From NCBI GenBank assembly GCA_051599415.1, contig AP039698.1, forward strand, positions 62,001 to 126,000: DNA of 64,000 nt, read 5' to 3'. Shown here piece after piece: positions 22,216 through 33,719 of the stretch. The notes beneath the pieces were generated by a model. It was not told where the DNA came from. It saw only the letters and a program-made list of their open reading frames with translations, and did no database searches. The DNA is from Savitreella phatthalungensis (taxonomy: Eukaryota). A program made the translations under genes and the position numbers. Position 1 is the stretch's first letter; each line of letters opens with the position of its first letter.

Positions 22216-24625
22216 GCCATCATCAACACAGGCCGCAACAACGCAACCACCACAAGCTGCAAAACAAGCTCCAACACAAGCAACCACAGCAATAAATGCA
22301 TCTGTAGGAACAAATCAGCAATCAACCACCAAAGTCACAACAGACACCAATACAGATCTAAGCCTAGGCAATGCGGACGATAAGACTGCACAAGCGCCAG
22401 CATCTCCGGAGAGCTCCACCTCCTCGAGGAAAAGGAAACGTGGTTCAGATGCATCGGCACAAGACGCTCCCGTCAGCGCAGACCTGCCACCCTCTAGTAG
22501 CACACCTGCCGCCGCTCCTCCTCTCAAAACAACTCCCACGCCGACTGCAGCAGCTCCTGTTAATGCCACAGCTGCGATCACCTCATCAACTCCAGCTTCC
22601 GCTGTCAGAAAGCCTGGAGCGCCTGCGTCATCCAGACCCGTACGTCGTCAGACAAAGCCAAGACATCTTCCGGTCATCATTGACATGCTCGAGGCGGACC
22701 AGGGCGAGCTCGCCAACTTGGTGCTTGCGCAGATATTGCCCGGAAGTCCGGAAAACATCCGTGCTCGGCTTCTAGCTGGGGAGCCACAGAGCTATCGCCA
22801 ACTCGAGTCCCTGCTCCTGCGAGGCGCTGCATCACTGCATGAGTCCAAGCAGAAAAGGAAGGCTCTAGCCTCCGAGCACGAAATTATGACATTCAGTCAA
22901 TATGCCTCGAAACTCGTCTCTCGCGAGCGCCAGATTCATGCTGCAGCCGTCGACGACTCTGTCACAGCGCCAGGTCCCACAACTATCGGTGACGATTACG
23001 ACAATGTCGTTCCCACACAAGATGTGACAACGAAGCATGTGCTATTTGCAAACACCTCTATGGGTCCGCTTTTCTCCTCTGCAACGGACGCTCTCACACC
23101 AGCCGACGTACCCGAAGAGTTGACGTTGTTGCGGCTCATGCCTTCTGCGCCAGCCAGTACAGGTCTTTTCGCCTCTCTTGTGCCACCCGTCAGGCACTCT
23201 GCAGCGCGTAAGCCCGATGCGCTTGAAGCAGGCATGACTCCACAAAAAGTAACAGCATACATCGCAGATCCCTCCAGCGCTGTGTTCGGTATCGCTGCCG
23301 ACTCGACCGACGGCACAGCCGACGCGCAGGCCACAGCATTCGCCGTTAGTGAAGTCATTAGTGCCCGGAGAGCCAAGTCGACGTCCGGCAAGAACACAAC
23401 TCAGCAAGATGCTTCAGCAGACGCCGTTATGCAGGATGCTCATTCGGACATTGTTGATCCGTTGGCAGACATCGACGAAGATCTGATCAACTCATTCAGC
23501 GGCGAGGATGATTCGATTGCCAAAGATGCCGAGGCCTCTGACATGCTCATAGCACTTGAAAGGCTGCAGCGGCAGCGCTTTGAGGGTGCATACAATACTC
23601 CTCCGAGCAAAGAGGAACAGCAGCTGGCTGCTCGACTTCAGGCTGCGTTGTCCAAGCAGATCCGGACGAGTGGCATAAAACCTGCCGACCTGCTTGACGG
23701 AAAGGGTGTCCGTGGTGATTACACTTTCCTGTCTCTGCATTCATCTCACTACGGCACCTTGCCAGCGACACTCAACCAAGCTGTCCTGGCTACTCAACAG
23801 CCGGTCATTCGGCTGCCAAAGACCAGTCCGCTGTCAAAATCAGGTGCCAAAATCAACCAGCTACCGGCGACGCTACTGGAACACTACGGCAACGATGGTC
23901 CCCCTCAACTGCCTCCGCATGCTCAGACGCTGATCCCGTCGGCCTTGACGATGATCGACAGCATTGGTACCGGCGCGCCGAAAGGTATCGTTGCACAGCT
24001 GATCGGTCCAATGGTGGCTGCTGCGTCAGCCGCCAAGTATCCCCAGCCCGCACCGGCACCGCAAGGTCCACCCCTCCCACGAGCTCCGCTACCGCCGGCT
24101 ACACCCTACAGCGCCACCCCGGCTAGGCCGCCTGCGGCTTACGGAAACGGCGCGCCTGCTTCCGCAGCCCCTGCTGGCTACAGCTACTCCGCCGCTGGAC
24201 CTGCAAGCGCGCCTGCAAAGCCAGGATACTATCCCTCGACACCGGGCGGCCCTGCTCGGCCGTACGGAAATGGGACGCCGCACACGCCGAGCGCGTCTGA
24301 GAGCGCGCTCGCGCAGGCCCGACGAGCGAACTCAGTCTACCAGCCTACAAAGCGCGGTCCGTACAAGACGAAGAACAACCCACTCGGTCTACCGAACCAC
24401 CAACGAGCTATCCAAAAAGTTGGTCCAGGCGGCACACCCATCAGCGGTGGTAGCGTAGGCTCGTCGACCCCTGCAGGTGCCGCTTCGCCAGCCTCTTCCA
24501 ACGGCAGCACGACGCCGCATCAGAGCGGCGGCGGTGGCAGCAGCGGCAGTGGGCCAACACCCGCAGTGCTCGGGCCTGATGGTCAACCACTGAAGCGTGG
24601 TCCAGGCCGACCACGCAAAGTTTAA
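22172..24625 (+). CDS. Probable Rsc58/BRD7-9-related chromatin-remodeller subunit with C-terminal AT-hook
   Basis: DMLIALERLQRQRF...PSKEEQQLAARLQAALS...KPADLL resembles the BRD7/9 C-terminal helices as I recall them; terminal KRGPGRPRK AT-hook; N-terminal polyQ. Confidence 0.55.
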
Positions 24626-24719
24626 CGTACCGCTTACTTTAGAGACTCGGGGCAATAGAGAATGGAAAATGTCATTAATGTTGTAAGATCATTAGGATCG
24701 GCCAGGGAGACTTACATCT

Positions 24720-25172
24720 CTATGAGCCGCGGTAAGTAGAGTAGCTATACGGTCCCAGCAGCAAAGGGATGTGAAATTTGAGTGTGCCATCGGTCTTTCG
24801 ATCTGCCGCAGAAGGGTCAAATGTGACTGAAATCAACGGCCAGAACGCTCTGCCAGTCTTGACTTGCGCACCAGCCTCGCTCGACGTCGTCCCGATCCCG
24901 CGTAAGTACTCTGCAGTGTAGAAATCGATCGTGTACAGCACATCCCCCCGATCCTTCGCAGCGCCATCATTCTCGTGCAAGTTGAATACACAGCGGCCGT
25001 CGGCATTCGTCGTAGCTCGACTTATCTCATGCGAGCCATTTACAGTACCGGCCAAACGCTGCTGCTGCTGACATCGGAGGACGCAGGCAACCCCAGACGC
25101 AGGTCGTCCTAGGCAGGTATCGAGAATGTGACATGATATACCATCCACACCATCCTTCCGCTGCTCACTCAT
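24720..25172 (-). CDS. 5-hydroxyisourate hydrolase (transthyretin-like)
   Basis: ISCHILDTCLGRPA, TNADGRC, FHIPLLLGPYSYSTYRGS*. First ATG at 25172. Confidence 0.93.
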   Translation of the reverse strand: MSEQRKDGVDGISCHILDTCLGRPASGVACVLRCQQQQRLAGTVNGSHEISRATTNADGRCVFNLHENDGAAKDRGDVLYTIDFYTAEYLRGIGTTSSEAGAQVKTGRAFWPLISVTFDPSAADRKTDGTLKFHIPLLLGPYSYSTYRGS

Positions 25173-25473
25173 CACAGCAAAGTCGAGTACTCGATAAGAG
25201 CAAGAGGACTTTACGAAAGGGAATATACGATCGATGAACGAGATTTAGGTCTACGTCTTATGTTGTCAAGAGATTATTTATCCATTGATCTTATCTCGGC
25301 TTCGACCGAACAAACTCGATTCTACAGATCATGCGTGACAAGCAGAGACACAGACGTATGCATCACTTGACATTCGATCACGTTTGGGTGAACCATGTTA
25401 TTTCCCAATGGCACGACTGGTCGCACTCATGTGACTATCGAGTGACTAGACATTTTGTCATTTTATACTCTTT

Positions 25474-25941
25474 TTAAAGGATCAGGGAGTTGACCTGTTG
25501 TCCTGCCTTGACGAACAAGGTCAAGAGGTTGATGATACCAAAGAGCCAAGTGAGCGATCGGAGTCCAGACTTCTTGATGTCGGTCGTGTTAATGTAGAGC
25601 AGGTTGAAGACAACTCGGGAGGCGAGGTAGAGTCCAGCACAGGTGTTGACGGTCGAAGCTGGGACGCGAGCGACGCTAGCAATACCAACGGCAGCGGCGA
25701 AAAGCGGAAGACCGTCAAAGCCGTTTGCTTGGGCGGCCTCTGCACGCTGGAAGCGGCCAAACTGCTCGGCAGACAGCTTCGTCTTGACAAAGTCAGCCTG
25801 GTTGCGAGGGTTGGTGTTGTCAAAGCCTCCTGGAACACCGTTCTTGCTCAGCAGCCGGATCGCGTACCAGTGTGGCAGCATGGCAAGCGTCCATGCGACG
25901 GGCACAGAGTAAAGGCCATAGTTCGTTGTTAGCTGAGACAT
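25474..25941 (-). CDS. MAPEG-family membrane protein
   Basis: FDNTNPR, RAEAAQANGFDGLPLFAAAV, YLASRVVFNLLYI, LRSLTW; four hydrophobic segments. Confidence 0.85.
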   Translation of the reverse strand: MSQLTTNYGLYSVPVAWTLAMLPHWYAIRLLSKNGVPGGFDNTNPRNQADFVKTKLSAEQFGRFQRAEAAQANGFDGLPLFAAAVGIASVARVPASTVNTCAGLYLASRVVFNLLYINTTDIKKSGLRSLTWLFGIINLLTLFVKAGQQVNSLIL

Positions 25942-26879
25942 CGTTGATAAGAGCTAATGATTTGTGGAGTTTAGGAGATGTGGTATGAGTTATATTTATG
26001 AGTGTCTGTATGGACGGACAAGAGTGAGGTATGTGATTGACGCGGAATGCCTGGAAACACGTATGAGAGAAGACTATGATGTCTCTGGTCATCGCAGGCG
26101 ATTGACACAATGAGAGACACAATGAGAGAAGCAGGGACGATCGCTGGGTGAATTTGGGGAATCCAATTTGTGGGGGCGCAAATCGTTCGTAGCCAGATAG
26201 TTCAAGACTAGAAGGTGGCCACTGCTGTAGGCTACTACTGCTACTACCGGTTTTACCGTTCAGTTTCAGTGTTGATAGAGTGGCGCAATCAGCAGCCTTC
26301 GTAGTACTCCTATAGTAGATTGCAGGAACTGATTCATTCCTGAATTTAAAGCCATTGGTTGCTCCATAATGACGCAATCCGGACCACGCGCATATTATGG
26401 AAAGCAGAGCAAAGCTAAGCAAATCGAATCAGATCGAATTAGTTGAAGGAGTATTGGCGGTCTTGATGGAACTTAACATTATTCGATGAGCAAGAGGTTC
26501 AGTTCAATCTGGGTGAAATGACATCCAATAAACTTTGATGCTACTAGCTTGAATGAATGATCATGATTTGCAGGCGATACTTTGTACGTGTACTGGAAGG
26601 ATATCAGACCGAACTGTAGAGGCACAAATTCATTTTCATCTAGCTGTATACATCTTCCGGGGAGAATTCCGAATTCATGAATTTTCACATGCGTTTTCCT
26701 TAGTGAGAGAGACTTCTGACTCGAGATCTATAGGAAAATATGGCCAAGATGACTGACTACACGTGTACCAGCTTGTCAGATGCACAACTAGACATTGAAT
26801 ACACTCCACCGTCATCCTGAAGATTCACGTACCTTGAGCTGTCCTTAGCTCAGGCACGCGTCAGCAGAGATCTCGTCCG

Positions 26880-28694
26880 ATGCCGTCGGACGAGATCAGT
26901 TTGACTGTCGAAGAGACCAACGCCCTGCGTGCAAAGCTTGGTCTCAAGCCACTCCGTATAGGACCATCTGAATCAGCATCCGGATCTGCCCCAGCTTCCT
27001 CTCTCTCGGTCGAGCAGCAGGATACCAGAGCGGTCGAGAATCTGCGCCAGCGTCGCGAGCAGCAGTCTAAGGTTGCGCGTGATGACGCTGCACGCGAGCG
27101 ACTGTTCAAAGCTAAACAGCGCATCGAACGAGACCGTATTCTTCAAGGACCATCTCTTGGCGATAAAGACCAAGCTGAAGGAGGCGATGAAGGTGAAAGT
27201 ACTCTAGCCTGGATCAAACGCACGAGAAAGGCGCCGAAGATTATACAGCCGCAAGACGAGCCAGCCAAGCCTGCCAAAAGCTACACCGAGGAAAACTTGC
27301 AAGGCTTGAAAGTCGCGCACGAGCTCGACAATATACATGCCGGCACTGATATCGTCATGACCTTGCAAGATGCCGATGTTTTGGACGAGACTGATGATCA
27401 TCTTATCAATGCCGACCTTGTAGCACAGGAAAAACGAGAGCGCGATGCACAGCAAAAGAGCAAGAATCGTACTCTCAATGGTTACGATCAAGGAACAGGT
27501 AGTCTGCTCAGCAAGTACGATGAGGAGATCGAGGGACAGAGAAAGTCATCAGGCTTTGTTATCTCACGCACTCCACGGTCGGACACGGACAAGCTGGTGC
27601 AGGCGCAGCGAAAGCAGGATGATCGAAGAGGTGTCCGCACAACGATCTATGATGACGATGACGACGAGAATGACTTTATGAATACTACTGACGACAACGA
27701 CATGGTCAGCTCCAAGCGGAAACTCCAGAGCTTCGAGATGCCGGAAAGGCCGATCAAGTTGAAGAAGCGCGGCAAGAAGAAACCTGAAGCAGCAGCTTTA
27801 GCACACCGGAGAATGAAGGCTCTGGACGAGGAAAAACCCGTATCGAAAGCCACATCTGCACCGCTGAGATTTGACGATGAGAGTCGTTCTTCAGACGTCA
27901 CGATTACTCGGACAAAGACTGCAGAAGAGATCGCCAAGGAGGTTCGTTCGCGCACATCGCAAGAGAGTCTTGAGAACGACGATCGGACCGCCGGCTTAGT
28001 GCTGGACAATGTCACATCATTTGCCGCAGGGTTGCAACACAAAGCAAGAGTCGCTCAGCAAGCGCAACCAGTGTCGACAGACCTTGAGGACCCCATGTCG
28101 ATCGACGAATCTGTAAGGCAGCCTCAGATCTCTACAAGTGAGGTCACATCGACCATCGTCCAGACGCCGTCTGTGGTCAATGCAAGTGCCTCTTCGACAG
28201 GTCTCGAGGATGAAAAGACGCTAGACCGTGGGCTCGGCGTAGCCATGAGCCTCCTGAAGCAGAAAGGCGCTCTCGAAGATGTCCAGGAAGCGGAGAGCGC
28301 TGAAGATCGGCGCGAGCGCGAGGCATGGCTCGCCAAGGACCGTAAGGCTCGCCTTGACCTGGAGCTTGAGCGAAGCAAGATCAAGGAGATGTTCAAATCA
28401 GACCCAAAGGTCAAATCCATGACCAATCGACAGCGAGAGGAATGGCTGCAGCGTGAGACTCGTCGAATCGATCAGCTGGAAGCCAAGGCTGCTCAGGAGC
28501 GTTTCCGCGACTACAAACCGAAGGTGGATTTGACATATGTCGATGAGTTTGGACGCAAGCTTGACACAAAACAAGCTTGGAAGCATATGAGTCAACAGTT
28601 CCACGGAAAGTTCTCCGGCGCAGCGAAGACTGCTAAGAAGCTAGAGCGAATTGACAAGGAGCGCGAACGCGAGCGGCAGCATATATTCAAGTAG
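26880..28694 (+). CDS. SNU66: U4/U6.U5 tri-snRNP protein Snu66/SART-1
   Basis: HIND motif SLTVEETNALRAKLGLKPL, GLKVAH, LLSKYDEEI, YKPKVDLTYVDEFGR, SQQFHGK. Confidence 0.94.
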   Translation: MPSDEISLTVEETNALRAKLGLKPLRIGPSESASGSAPASSLSVEQQDTRAVENLRQRREQQSKVARDDAARERLFKAKQRIERDRILQGPSLGDKDQAEGGDEGESTLAWIKRTRKAPKIIQPQDEPAKPAKSYTEENLQGLKVAHELDNIHAGTDIVMTLQDADVLDETDDHLINADLVAQEKRERDAQQKSKNRTLNGYDQGTGSLLSKYDEEIEGQRKSSGFVISRTPRSDTDKLVQAQRKQDDRRGVRTTIYDDDDDENDFMNTTDDNDMVSSKRKLQSFEMPERPIKLKKRGKKKPEAAALAHRRMKALDEEKPVSKATSAPLRFDDESRSSDVTITRTKTAEEIAKEVRSRTSQESLENDDRTAGLVLDNVTSFAAGLQHKARVAQQAQPVSTDLEDPMSIDESVRQPQISTSEVTSTIVQTPSVVNASASSTGLEDEKTLDRGLGVAMSLLKQKGALEDVQEAESAEDRREREAWLAKDRKARLDLELERSKIKEMFKSDPKVKSMTNRQREEWLQRETRRIDQLEAKAAQERFRDYKPKVDLTYVDEFGRKLDTKQAWKHMSQQFHGKFSGAAKTAKKLERIDKERERERQHIFK

Positions 28695-28951
28695 CGTTTT
28701 AACAGGTATGTCGAATATGTGTGACTCTATCTTGCAGATATTGGTTGATTGCACGTGTATTTCTTTCATGCGCTGAGGCGTCGTGTGAGCGAATCTCCGG
28801 TCCACGCGAGCACAATAGGTCATCCACTGACACAATGGCATGAGCACGCCTACAGAGACTGCAAGATCCACTCTGACTTGTGCCATCCTGTTGGTCAAGC
28901 TTGAGACGACAGTGGTCAGCCGATATAGAGCTAAATCACCAGGACAACGTC

Positions 28952-30556
28952 ATGGGAAATGCCAACGACTCAACGACCAATGGGCTACGTAAGTCCAGCA
29001 GATTTCGTCCGCATAGACAGGAAGTGTCAGAGCGAGTCGGAGAAGCATATGAAGGCGAGAGGAGAGCAAGCTCGCGTCAACAAAGTCAGCACGACCCCGA
29101 ACGCAGCCGAGTGATGCATGAGAACGACTTAAGGGACAGACGACAACAGAGGGAATGCGAACGGAACAGGTATGCTAATATATGGACGCGCTTCGCAGCT
29201 GACAATATCGTTCGTAAGCGAGCGGCTCAGCAAGTTGACAGCGCTGACGTCGGACAAAACAAACGCCTTCAGTCAGAAAGATCGCCGGTTGAGGACTCAA
29301 GCCATGCTAATCCTAACGCGGAAAGGGCTTGTGAGAATCGAACGACTGGAAATATTGAGCGACCCCCAACGGACCTTCACAGCGACTATGTTTTACAGAT
29401 TCTGCAGCTCACTCGCGACAACGCTACACTCAACTCGAGGGTTGTGCGTCTTGAGCGACAGATGCTCGCATTAAGTGGATTAGCCGGTTTGCGCGAGCGT
29501 TCAGTCAGCGAGTTCGAGCTCATTCGTCGGTCTCGGCTGTCCACGGACTCAGGTCTTGGGGAGGATCACACGATTGATTTGTCGGCGGTCACTCCTAGGC
29601 AGCAGGACCGCGAGCCACAAAGGCGCATCGTGATTGAGCCCGATTCGCCGCAAACCGGACCACCTGTAACGTCGAAGAGGACTCCCGAAAGCCCGCACAA
29701 GTCGCGCAGCCAGACAGAGCAGCTGGTCAATGCTGGATCGACTCGGACTGATAATCAGACTTCCGAAGCAGACCAACCAGTCTGGCCGCCACAGCTATCC
29801 TCGGTTCCGGCAGAACCACTAGACTTAAAGCCACTGGAGAACGCAATTCAACATTGTGCAGCGGCTTTATTACATGACAAGAGTGCGGTGGAACGATTCT
29901 TGTGTGCTAGGATGCCTCAGCTACATCGCCACCTGCACCGTCATCGATCTGGCAGAGTACCTTTGAGCGTGGCTCGCGTTCAAATCCCAAAACATATGCT
30001 TATGACGCTCAAGAAGTTCATCGAGAAGGTCGACTTCGTTGCCAACGTGGCGCTCGAGATTGAGGCGCTCGATCCCGATGAAGGAGTTACGGCAAGTATC
30101 GCGGTTCAGCTGGCTAGCATTTCTGCGCTCGATCGAGCCGGAGATGCCTGGCATAAGTTTTTCCTTGTCAATGAGAAAGTGACGACGGCGGACATCAGCG
30201 AATACATCCTGCTATGGCATCGAGATCCAGAAATTGATGTTCTACTGATGGAACATTGCCCGAATATATTCGTGGCAGAGTGCTCACCGCATATGCGGCC
30301 CACAGATCACCCGCGGGCAGCGATAATCAAAGCGCACAACATCATGCGTGCTCTCATTTGTATCAAACAGCATAACGCGAGCGCTCCAGCGAGCAAACGT
30401 GCAGTCCATTGTAATTTCTGGCAAAAAGTGGACGACACTGCCGAACGACCCTCGAGTGAGCAGAGCCCATCTCGGTCCGAGCAGCTCTCAAACGACAACA
30501 AGCAGAGAGGAAATCACTCACGACTGCGGCTCTTACCAGCTCCGTCAGCATCATGA
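28952..30556 (+). CDS. Hypothetical protein (coiled-coil plus unassigned globular C-terminal region)
   Basis: 534 aa from ATG 28952 (track start is GTG); heptad segment ILQLTRDNATLNSRVVRLERQML. No family recognised. Confidence 0.65.
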   Translation: MGNANDSTTNGLRKSSRFRPHRQEVSERVGEAYEGERRASSRQQSQHDPERSRVMHENDLRDRRQQRECERNRYANIWTRFAADNIVRKRAAQQVDSADVGQNKRLQSERSPVEDSSHANPNAERACENRTTGNIERPPTDLHSDYVLQILQLTRDNATLNSRVVRLERQMLALSGLAGLRERSVSEFELIRRSRLSTDSGLGEDHTIDLSAVTPRQQDREPQRRIVIEPDSPQTGPPVTSKRTPESPHKSRSQTEQLVNAGSTRTDNQTSEADQPVWPPQLSSVPAEPLDLKPLENAIQHCAAALLHDKSAVERFLCARMPQLHRHLHRHRSGRVPLSVARVQIPKHMLMTLKKFIEKVDFVANVALEIEALDPDEGVTASIAVQLASISALDRAGDAWHKFFLVNEKVTTADISEYILLWHRDPEIDVLLMEHCPNIFVAECSPHMRPTDHPRAAIIKAHNIMRALICIKQHNASAPASKRAVHCNFWQKVDDTAERPSSEQSPSRSEQLSNDNKQRGNHSRLRLLPAPSAS

Positions 30557-31176
30557 GCATGTCTATTGAACATAGTGAACCAGGGAATCTATTCGCGTTG
30601 GGGTCTCGACTGTAATCATCCACTCTCTCGATGTCACTCTGCTCTGTGCCTCACTTCGAGGTCGGAGCTGAAGATTCCGACTTTCCCTCATTCATCTCAA
30701 TGTACTCAAGATTTTGTGAATCCCGTGCTTGATCGCCTAATTAGTGCAATGAATGGCAGTGATTTGTTTACTTTTAGATCGGTTGCCTTTGTTTTGGCTA
30801 ATCTAATGCAGGTGAAAAGCTTATTCCCGATGCCGGTTCAGATTGTCGGAACCCGCAGCGGTGCAACGGTCGGATGAGCTTCTCTACGGGCCTAGAGGGG
30901 CACCCTAACCCGGGGTGACCTGTTTATTGACCTAGCTCCTGTTGCTGCGTCGCTGACACTTGCCAACCTCCATACCGACACTACCAGCCCACCACCAAGA
31001 TCGTCCTCACCACCCCCTTACCAAGGTCTCAGATCCCTGACAGTCAGCCACCAGCCTGCAGCGGAGGTGACACAATCGGCTGTCAAAAGAATCTAAGAGT
31101 CGACGTCGTCGAGATCTGTCAGAATCGACCTTTCGACCTTGAGCTTCCGCTACGCCAAGCCCTTTTCTCGAACACT

Positions 31177-33534
31177 ATGATGCCTATGGCTGGAACTGCC
31201 GCAGCCCCTGTGGCAGGCTATAGCATGTTCGCGGCCAATATGCCAACAGCACACCATCAGCAACAGCAACAAAGCCGTGCTCAACAGCAGCAAGTGGCCT
31301 ACTCAGCCCTTCAGCAGCAGTATGGCGATCAATCAAGCCAAGCTGCCTCATACGCTGTGACAGCCTACCAGTTGCAACAGCAACAGCAGCAGCAGCAGCA
31401 CATGCTGGCTGCGTACATGGCTCAACAGCAACAGCAGCAACAACAACAACATCATCATCAAACACAGCAGCAGAGACCATCTGCTGTCTCCAACCGGTCA
31501 CAAGCACAAGCGGTCGGAACTCTAGCCAATGCAGCGACGGCGTATAATTATGCTGCAGCGATGTCAGCAGCAGCTGTTGCTGGGAACTACGTACCATCAG
31601 CCGAGGATATCTACCCGGCCACACTACCGAGCCCGCCAACGTCTCCACAACCACAATTTTCATGGCAAGTGACGATGGTTGATGAGCACAACCCGACAGA
31701 GACCCATACCTACCACGACATGGGCGGCAGCAGCATGCACAGAGAATTGTCAGCTTCGTCTCTCGGACCAGCGTCAAGCGCTGCTGCCGCTGCGTCTACT
31801 GCACTTGCTGCAACCAAGGCTCGACGGACTCAGATTCCCGCAGAGACGATGGCAAACTTGATCCGCGGCCCTGACCCGGTTGACAATAAATACGTCTGCC
31901 TGTACGGCGGATGCATGCGACGATTTGGACGCAAGTATAACATCCAGTCCCACATCCAGACTCACTTGTCCGATCGGCCTTTCCGATGTGGTGTGTGCTC
32001 TGCAGGATTCGTGCGCCGTCATGACCTCGTCAGACACGCACGCATCCACGCCGACGGGAAAGAGTTCATGTGTGCGTGTGGAAAAGGGTTCTCGCGTACC
32101 GATGCCCTGAATCGGCACAAGCAGCGGCAGATCTGCGAAGGCGGCAGAATCGAAGCTGCTGCCATGGCCGTCGCTCGTGCAAATGCAGCAGTCGCCAGCA
32201 AGGTCGTTCAACAGCACCAGCAGACTGAGCGAGCGACGCAAAAGACGGCAGCGACGAAGAAGTCTTCGAAGGGTGGCCGTGTGGATAAGGGCGAAGCAAT
32301 GTCTCGTGACGCCTCTGCGCAATCTACGGGAACCGATGACTCATCTCACTCGAGCTCTGCAGCCTCTGCGGCATCTGTCCTCGATGCATATACCCGTCAG
32401 CGCCAGCAGCATACTGCCCAGATGCACATGGCAGCGCACGTGACCGCCGCCTTGGCGTATGGCGTCCCTCCACCGGACGACCTCGACGACGTGCACGGCC
32501 AAGCGAGCGGTGGCGTTGTAGGAGGGCTTCCTTCAGAGGCGAGAGCCATGGATCCAAGGTCGTTGCAGATGCAGCGTGGTCCATCATCGTCCTCAGCGTC
32601 CAGCCGTCGAGCGGCTGCTGCAGCCGCCGCAGCTGTCTCTCTCTCACGAGCGGCCTCACCAGCAGACTTCTACACAGCGCCATCTTCACAGACACTGCAT
32701 CACAGCGGCAACTACCACCACACCCAGCACATCCCACCATCTCTGATCTCGCCAACAGACACGCTCCATCCGGCAGAATTCGATATCGATGCGCAGATGC
32801 GGGCGATGGCAGAGGTACCTGCAGTCCATGTGTCGCTGACTCGACCGCCATCGTCGTCTGATGCGACGCGCGGTGCCGGACGGAAAGGGCGGGGTGGCAA
32901 GGCTGTGGGCGGACAGCGAACTGCAGTGTCCATGTCACCGTCGCTCGCGTACGTGTCGCCGCCGCTGGCTGCGACGGAAGCCGGTCCAGCGTGCACGGAC
33001 GACCCGGCCACAGGCTGGATGACCGACCTGCACACGGCCGCCGCCTCCATGGGTATGCTCCGCACCACCACCGCCACCACCGCAATCTCGAACGACCACG
33101 AGGACGATGATGGACCAAACGGTCCACTCATGGCCAACAGCTTTGCTGAAGCACTCGCAGAGTACCACGGTGCCGGCACAACGCACGATGACGAAAATGA
33201 CAGTGATGAGGACGACGACCACGTCGGGATTTCGCCGCCGTTTGTCACGGCAACCGGAACAGTGAGCACGCTGCGCTCGCGCGACAGAGTTGTGGGTGAT
33301 GATGAGGTTGTGGTTGGAGGTGATGATGGCGAATTGTCTGAGGAAGAGCGTCACAGGGTCGCCGTCATGCGCGCACTGTCGGAATCGCCTAGGCGAGCGA
33401 CGTCCAGGATGGGAGGTCTGTTAGGGGTAGGCGTGGTGGCCGCTGGGGGAAAACGCGCTGGCGGCATAGCCAAAGGCGCAGGAGGCAAAGGCCGGAGAGG
33501 GTACGCGGCTGCAGGTGTAGCAGCTCGCGTATGA
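31177..33534 (+). CDS. C2H2 zinc-finger transcription factor, Ace2/Swi5-like
   Basis: GPDPVDNKYVCLYGGCMRRFGRKYNIQSHIQTHLSDRPFRC..C...FVRRHDLVRHARIH...C.CGKGFSRTDAL.RH....ICEGG; polyQ N-terminus. Confidence 0.88.
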   Translation: MMPMAGTAAAPVAGYSMFAANMPTAHHQQQQQSRAQQQQVAYSALQQQYGDQSSQAASYAVTAYQLQQQQQQQQHMLAAYMAQQQQQQQQQHHHQTQQQRPSAVSNRSQAQAVGTLANAATAYNYAAAMSAAAVAGNYVPSAEDIYPATLPSPPTSPQPQFSWQVTMVDEHNPTETHTYHDMGGSSMHRELSASSLGPASSAAAAASTALAATKARRTQIPAETMANLIRGPDPVDNKYVCLYGGCMRRFGRKYNIQSHIQTHLSDRPFRCGVCSAGFVRRHDLVRHARIHADGKEFMCACGKGFSRTDALNRHKQRQICEGGRIEAAAMAVARANAAVASKVVQQHQQTERATQKTAATKKSSKGGRVDKGEAMSRDASAQSTGTDDSSHSSSAASAASVLDAYTRQRQQHTAQMHMAAHVTAALAYGVPPPDDLDDVHGQASGGVVGGLPSEARAMDPRSLQMQRGPSSSSASSRRAAAAAAAAVSLSRAASPADFYTAPSSQTLHHSGNYHHTQHIPPSLISPTDTLHPAEFDIDAQMRAMAEVPAVHVSLTRPPSSSDATRGAGRKGRGGKAVGGQRTAVSMSPSLAYVSPPLAATEAGPACTDDPATGWMTDLHTAAASMGMLRTTTATTAISNDHEDDDGPNGPLMANSFAEALAEYHGAGTTHDDENDSDEDDDHVGISPPFVTATGTVSTLRSRDRVVGDDEVVVGGDDGELSEEERHRVAVMRALSESPRRATSRMGGLLGVGVVAAGGKRAGGIAKGAGGKGRRGYAAAGVAARV

Positions 33535-33719
33535 ACCCTCTGACAACCTTGCCAGATTTTCAAATCTTTCATTCTTTGTACACACTTGTGCAGCAACACA
33601 CATTACATGACATTTTCGCTTACTGCTCAAGACAGGCTAATATCATAATATGCATATCAGTCGGTGGTGGCCATGTGCTTTTGCCTTGATACGCTTGCCG
33701 TGTGATTGTATGTGCTGGA

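Noticed and set aside
25172..25250. PTS2 leader upstream of HIU hydrolase
   Set aside because: The in-frame upstream sequence has no R-[LIV]-x5-[HQ]-L motif.
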